A stretch of DNA of 57,340 nt, from contig JBARKH010000644.1 of the NCBI GenBank assembly GCA_049801295.1, positions 1 through 57,340 of the forward strand, written 5' to 3'. Both the position numbers and the translations under genes were made by a program. Every line of letters starts with the position of its first letter. The first letter of the stretch is position 1. The stretch is from Stellaceae bacterium. Lineage in GTDB: Bacteria; Pseudomonadota; Alphaproteobacteria; ATCC43930; CGMCC-115725. The notes under the pieces are model-generated. The model did not search any database, was not told where the DNA came from, and saw only the letters and a program-made list of their open reading frames with translations. Shown in pieces: positions 53,144 through 57,340 of the stretch.

Positions 53144-55126
53144 TCACGTATCAAGAAAGCTGCGCAGTTTGCGCGAGCGGCTCGGGTGTTTCAGTTTCCT
53201 GAGGGCCTTCGCCTCGATCTGGCGGATGCGCTCGCGGGTCACCGAGAATTGCTGGCCGACCTCTTCCAAGGTGTGGTCGGTGTTCATGCCGATGCCGAAA
53301 CGCATTCTAAGCACGCGCTCCTCGCGCGCGGTCAGGGAGGCGAGGACCCGGGTCGTCGTCTCGCGCAGATTGGCCTGGATCGCTGCATCCAATGGCAATA
53401 CCGCGTTCTTGTCCTCGATGAAGTCGCCGAGATGGCTGTCTTCCTCGTCGCCGATCGGGGTTTCGAGGCTGATCGGCTCCTTGGCGATCTTCAACACCTT
53501 GCGGACTTTTTCCAACGGCATCGCCAGCTTTTCGGCGAGTTCCTCGGGGGTCGGCTCGCGGCCGATCTCGTGCAGCATCTGGCGCGAGGTGCGCACCAGT
53601 TTGTTGATCGTCTCGATCATGTGCACGGGGATGCGGATCGTGCGCGCCTGATCGGCGATCGAGCGGGTGATCGCCTGGCGGATCCACCAGGTTGCATAGG
53701 TCGAGAATTTGTAGCCGCGGCGGTACTCGAATTTATCGACCGCCTTCATCAGGCCGATATTGCCTTCCTGGATCAGGTCGAGGAATTGGAGCCCGCGGTT
53801 GGTGTATTTCTTGGCGATCGAGATGACGAGCCGCAGATTGGCCTCGACCATCTCCTTTTTCGCCCGGCTCGCCTCGCGCTCGCCGCGCTGCACGGTCTGG
53901 ACGACGCGGCGGAATTCCGCGATCGGCAATCTGGCTTCGGCGGCAATCTGCGCGATCGCGGCGCGGTGCCGGGTGACATCCTCGGCGTGACGCTCAACCA
54001 GCCGCGCCCAGCCGCGGCCGGGCAGCTGGGCGGCCCGCTCCAGCCAATCGGCGGCGAGCTCATCACCCAGATAAAGCGGCAGAAACTCACCGCGCCTGAC
54101 CCCGGCGCCCTCGGCCAGCCGCAACAGCCGACCCTCCTCGGTGACGAGGCGGCGGTTGAGGGCATAGAGCTGTTCGACCAGGTGTTCGATCCGGATGTTG
54201 CTGAAACGCACCCGCTTCAAGAGCTCGATGATTTCGCCCTTGAGCTTGTCGTAACGGCGCTCGGTAACCCGCGGCAACGCCACGCCCTTGATCACCGCGG
54301 TAACCCGCTGGTCCTGGACCTTGTGGATCTTTTTGTGCGCCGCCGCGACCGCGTCGAAGATCGCCGCCATGCTCGGCGTCAGCTGCGCTTCCATTGCGGC
54401 GAGGGAAATCGAGCTTTCCTCGCCGTCCGCCTCCTCGCCTTCGCCCTCGGCCTCGCTTTCGGCGAGTTCGGCGGCGGCCTCCTCGCCCTCGGCCGGCTCC
54501 GCTTCGCCCTCGGCTTCGGCGGCCTCCGCGGCCTTCAGCATCGCCGCCTCGGCCTCGTCGAGGATGGCGCTGCCGTAGGTCGCGTCGAGATCGATGATGT
54601 CGCGCAAGAGCATCTTGTTTTCGGCGAGCGCGTCGCGCCAACCCACCAGCGCGCGCACGGTCAAGGGGCTCTCGCAGATGCCGCCGATCATCATGTCGCG
54701 GCCGGCTTCGATGCGCTTGGCGATGGCGATCTCGCCCTCGCGCGATAGGAGCTCGACCGAGCCCATCTCGCGCAGATACATGCGCACGGGGTCGTCGGTG
54801 CGGCCGATATCGTCGTCATCGACATTGCCGCGGACTTCGCTTTCGCCATCCTCGGCCTCGGCCTCGGCCGGCTCTTCGCTTTCCTCGCTCTCGATGACGT
54901 TGATGCCGAGCTCGGAGAGCATCGTCATCGTGTCCTCGATCTGCTCGGAAGAAACCTGGTCCTGTGGCAACGCGGCGTTCAATTCGTCATAGGTCAGGTA
55001 ACCGCGTTCCTTGCCCTTGAGCACCATCTTCTTGATGGCGATGGCAATCTGGTCGAGGAGCGGAGCTTCGGCCGCATCCTCCCGGGTTTCTGCCGTTTCC
55101 GCCACGGTAGCCGCTTTGCTCGCCAT
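53144..55126 (-). CDS. rpoD: RNA polymerase primary sigma factor RpoD
   Basis: Trimmed to [10 protein letters not shown]... Has an acidic non-conserved region and conserved regions 2-4 ([52 protein letters not shown]; [33 protein letters not shown]). Confidence 0.95.
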   Translation of the reverse strand: MASKAATVAETAETREDAAEAPLLDQIAIAIKKMVLKGKERGYLTYDELNAALPQDQVSSEQIEDTMTMLSELGINVIESEESEEPAEAEAEDGESEVRGNVDDDDIGRTDDPVRMYLREMGSVELLSREGEIAIAKRIEAGRDMMIGGICESPLTVRALVGWRDALAENKMLLRDIIDLDATYGSAILDEAEAAMLKAAEAAEAEGEAEPAEGEEAAAELAESEAEGEGEEADGEESSISLAAMEAQLTPSMAAIFDAVAAAHKKIHKVQDQRVTAVIKGVALPRVTERRYDKLKGEIIELLKRVRFSNIRIEHLVEQLYALNRRLVTEEGRLLRLAEGAGVRRGEFLPLYLGDELAADWLERAAQLPGRGWARLVERHAEDVTRHRAAIAQIAAEARLPIAEFRRVVQTVQRGEREASRAKKEMVEANLRLVISIAKKYTNRGLQFLDLIQEGNIGLMKAVDKFEYRRGYKFSTYATWWIRQAITRSIADQARTIRIPVHMIETINKLVRTSRQMLHEIGREPTPEELAEKLAMPLEKVRKVLKIAKEPISLETPIGDEEDSHLGDFIEDKNAVLPLDAAIQANLRETTTRVLASLTAREERVLRMRFGIGMNTDHTLEEVGQQFSVTRERIRQIEAKALRKLKHPSRSRKLRSFLDT

Positions 55127-55245
55127 TCCGTCGTCCCTTAATGAACCAAGAGGGTTATGCCCGGCCGTTGTGGAACGCGCGCCCCACACATTCGCCGTGT
55201 TCGGTCCGTTGAAAAGCCATCTGGTGAGAAGCCATCTGGGGCCCG

Positions 55246-57063
55246 CTATTCAAATCCGCCGACCGGGCCATCCAGCGCCTCGCGATCCTTGAGCGCCTTC
55301 AGCCTTTGCCAGTTCTCGTCCGATGCATCCGCCCCGAATGCGCGCGACGCAGATTCCCGGTCGCCGGGGTGCCGGGCCCGCAGGAGTTGGAGCGTCTCGG
55401 TCAGTCCGGACCTAATCACCTCAGGATCGTCTCCTCCGCGCGCAGCAAACCCTGCGTGTCTTGCGACGGTGATCGTTAAAGTGCCGAGAATTTCTGCGTG
55501 GCCGCAATTGGCTAAGTGTTGTTGAAGCGCGCTGGCGTCAAGCCCCGGATGTGCGTGCCCGATCTCTAGAATCGCGCGGCGCAGGCTGTCAAGCTCCGGC
55601 TCGGGAACCTCAATCGCGGCAATCTCCTCGATCCATTCCTCGATCAGGGAGGGCCAACGGACGAAAACCCCGAGAAAAACCTCGCGATTGCGCCGGCCGG
55701 CCGAGACCGGCGGCGCGAAATCCGCCGCGAACTCGGGGCGCGGTGGCTTGCCGCGCGGTATCTCGCCCTTTTTCGCCGGACGACGCTCTTCACGGCCCAG
55801 CTCGGCCAAGCGGTTGCGCAAGAAACGTCGATACTCGTACTGAACGGTGCGATCGCCAATACGATCGACGTGCTCCATTAGCCGGGCTTCAAGGTCCGCT
55901 CGTTTTTCTGGCGTGTTGACCGGCCGAGCGGCCAATTCATCCTGCCACAGCTTTCCGGATAATGGCCGCGCGACGGCAAGTACTTCGGCAAAGGCGGAAG
56001 GACCGCCACCGCGGATTAGCGTATCGGGATCTTCCCCCGACGGAAGCACAGCGAAGCGAAGGCTGTGGCCCGGCTTCAGCAGCGGTAGCGCACGGTCGAG
56101 CGCGCGCAGCGCGGCGCGCTGCCCCGCCGCATCGCCATCGAAGCACAGCACCGGCTCGGGCGAGAGCCGCCACAGCTCATGGAGCTGCATCTCGGTTAAG
56201 GCGGTGCCGAGCGGGGCTACCGCGGCAGCGAACCCGGCGCGGTGCAGCGCGATCACGTCCATATAGCCCTCGACGACGATCGCCGCCGCCGCGCCCTCTC
56301 CCTCCCGCGCGAGGCCAGCTCGCGCCACCGCCCAGGCATAGAGAACCCGGCCCTTCTCGAAGAGCGGGGTATCGGGCGAATTGAGATATTTCGGCTGATC
56401 GTTGCCAATGGTGCGGCCACCGAAGGCGATGACCCGGCCGGCGCGGTCGCCGATCGGGAACATCACCCGCCCGTGGAAATAATCGTAGGGGTTGCCGCCG
56501 GTTTCGGGGAGGCGCATCAGCCCGGCTTCGACGAGCATCGGCTCCGGGAATTCGCCGGCGAGCGCACGGCGCAACGATTGGCGATTGGCCGGCGCCCAGC
56601 CGAGGCGGAAGCGGCGGATGGTTTCCTCGTCGAGGCCGCGCGCGGTCAGATACTCGCGGGCGCGCGCTCCGGCGGGCGCCCACAACTGCGCCTCGTAAAA
56701 CTCGGCGGTGGCGGCGAGCGCTTCCAAGAGCGTCTTCTGGCGCTGCGCCCGCTCGCGGTCCTGCGGGGTCTGCTGCGGGACGGTGAGCCCCGCTTCGCCG
56801 GCCAGCCGCTCGACCGCCTCGATAAAGTCGAGATTGTCGGCGCGCATGAGAAACCCGATCGCGTCGCCATGCGCGCCGCAGCCGAAGCAATGGAAAAACC
56901 CCTTTTCCTCAACGACATAGAAGGACGGCGTCTTCTCGTTGTGGAACGGACAGAGCCCGCCCTGCTCGCGGCCGCGCCGGGTCAGCCGCACGCGGCGCCC
57001 GACCAGATCGCCGAGCGGAACCCGGCTGCGCAGCTCGTCGAGAAACCCGGGCGGGAAGGCCAT
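55246..57063 (-). CDS. dnaG: DNA primase DnaG
   Basis: Trimmed to [17 protein letters not shown]... Zn-ribbon [13 protein letters not shown]...[11 protein letters not shown] and [18 protein letters not shown]. Confidence 0.95.
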   Translation of the reverse strand: MAFPPGFLDELRSRVPLGDLVGRRVRLTRRGREQGGLCPFHNEKTPSFYVVEEKGFFHCFGCGAHGDAIGFLMRADNLDFIEAVERLAGEAGLTVPQQTPQDRERAQRQKTLLEALAATAEFYEAQLWAPAGARAREYLTARGLDEETIRRFRLGWAPANRQSLRRALAGEFPEPMLVEAGLMRLPETGGNPYDYFHGRVMFPIGDRAGRVIAFGGRTIGNDQPKYLNSPDTPLFEKGRVLYAWAVARAGLAREGEGAAAAIVVEGYMDVIALHRAGFAAAVAPLGTALTEMQLHELWRLSPEPVLCFDGDAAGQRAALRALDRALPLLKPGHSLRFAVLPSGEDPDTLIRGGGPSAFAEVLAVARPLSGKLWQDELAARPVNTPEKRADLEARLMEHVDRIGDRTVQYEYRRFLRNRLAELGREERRPAKKGEIPRGKPPRPEFAADFAPPVSAGRRNREVFLGVFVRWPSLIEEWIEEIAAIEVPEPELDSLRRAILEIGHAHPGLDASALQQHLANCGHAEILGTLTITVARHAGFAARGGDDPEVIRSGLTETLQLLRARHPGDRESASRAFGADASDENWQRLKALKDREALDGPVGGFE

Positions 57064-57090
57064 GACTACCTTGAGGACCGCGGGCCTGTG

Positions 57091-57157
57091 GCCCGCCCCC
57101 TCCCTAACCCTCCCCCGCAAGCGGGGGAGGGAAGGGTGGGGGTAATACGGGCGGGAC
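57091..57157. repeat. GC-rich REP-like hairpin between yqeY and dnaG
   Basis: ccctcccccg-caag-cgggggaggg forms a 10-bp stem, flanked by imperfectly pairing ccccctccct / agggtggggg and gcccgcc / ggcgggac. Confidence 0.5.
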
Positions 57158-57186
57158 GCCCTCGGTCCAAGAAAATCATTGTCGTG

Positions 57187-57340
57187 TCATCCCAGTAACT
57201 GTTTCACCGCCGCGCCGGCGCGGGCGAGGTCGATCGTGCCGGAGTGGCGCTCGCGCAGGCCGGTCATGACCTTGCCCATGTCCTTGATGCCGGCGGCGCC
57301 GGTCTCGGCGATCAGCGCCCGCACCGCCGCCTCGATCTCG
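57187..57340 (-). CDS. GatB/YqeY-domain protein, C-terminal part (5' end off the window)
   Basis: Not in the track (no start inside the window). Reverse translation gives ...EIEAAVRALIAETGAAGIKDMGKVMTGLRERHSGTIDLARAGAAVKQLLG*. yqeY-dnaG-rpoD is a common arrangement. Confidence 0.8.
   Translation of the reverse strand, partial: EIEAAVRALIAETGAAGIKDMGKVMTGLRERHSGTIDLARAGAAVKQLLG

Overview
A 57.3 kb high-GC chromosomal window. It looks alphaproteobacterial (probably Hyphomicrobiales-like), based on the yqeY-dnaG-rpoD synteny and the GC-rich REP hairpins; this is inference only. All calls come from manual reading of the six-frame track plus my own translations, with no database or HMM search. 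Family names are recalled from memory and need confirmation.

Layout, left to right:
1. 1-5.3 kb: a small metabolic cluster (two amidohydrolase-2 paralogues, an aldo/keto reductase, a ketopantoate-reductase-family gene), interrupted by an IS1182/IS5-like transposase fragment.
2. 6.0-17.1 kb: a canonical-order XrtA (exosortase A)/PEP-CTERM exopolysaccharide locus of nine genes. It is cut off 18 nt after xrtA by a graveyard of IS630, IS110 and IS66 fragments that also holds a P-type ATPase fragment (17.2-18.5 kb).
3. 18.5-19.0 kb: a cupin gene.
4. 19.2-28.0 kb, minus strand: a complete kdp operon (extra micro-ORF, kdpF, A, B, C, D, E) with a PtsN/EIIA-Ntr paralogue attached at its 3' end.
5. 28.6-29.9 kb: four small uncharacterised genes.
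6. 30.6-32.3 kb: an orphan, divergent second kdpA. It is convergent with a UPF0182-family membrane protein gene (32.4-35.3 kb), and that gene is bracketed by a second, degraded copy of the kdpA 3' end.
7. 35.6-37.7 kb: a universal-stress-protein cluster with a partly duplicated small gene.
8. 37.8-41.0 kb: a ba3-type (B-family) cytochrome oxidase operon with a dihaem cytochrome c.
9. 41.1-43.6 kb: a CPA1 Na+/H+ antiporter fused to a cNMP-binding domain.
10. 44.1-44.6 kb: tRNA-Ser(GCU), followed by integrase and Flp-pilin remnants.
11. 44.7-47.8 kb: a large repeat-rich RTX-like surface protein pseudogene.
12. 47.8-52.7 kb: a roughly 4.85 kb degraded prophage or island integrated at tRNA-Met(CAU), with 22-bp att repeats.
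13. 52.8-53.1 kb: a 33-bp perfect inverted-repeat pair enclosing a small ORF.
14. 53.1-57.3 kb: rpoD, dnaG and a partial yqeY-like gene.

The most unusual items, in my view, are the orphan KdpA paralogue with altered selectivity-filter motifs and its rearranged neighbourhood, the kdp-linked PtsN paralogue with tandem KdpF-like micro-ORFs, and the IR-flanked cassette next to tRNA-Met.
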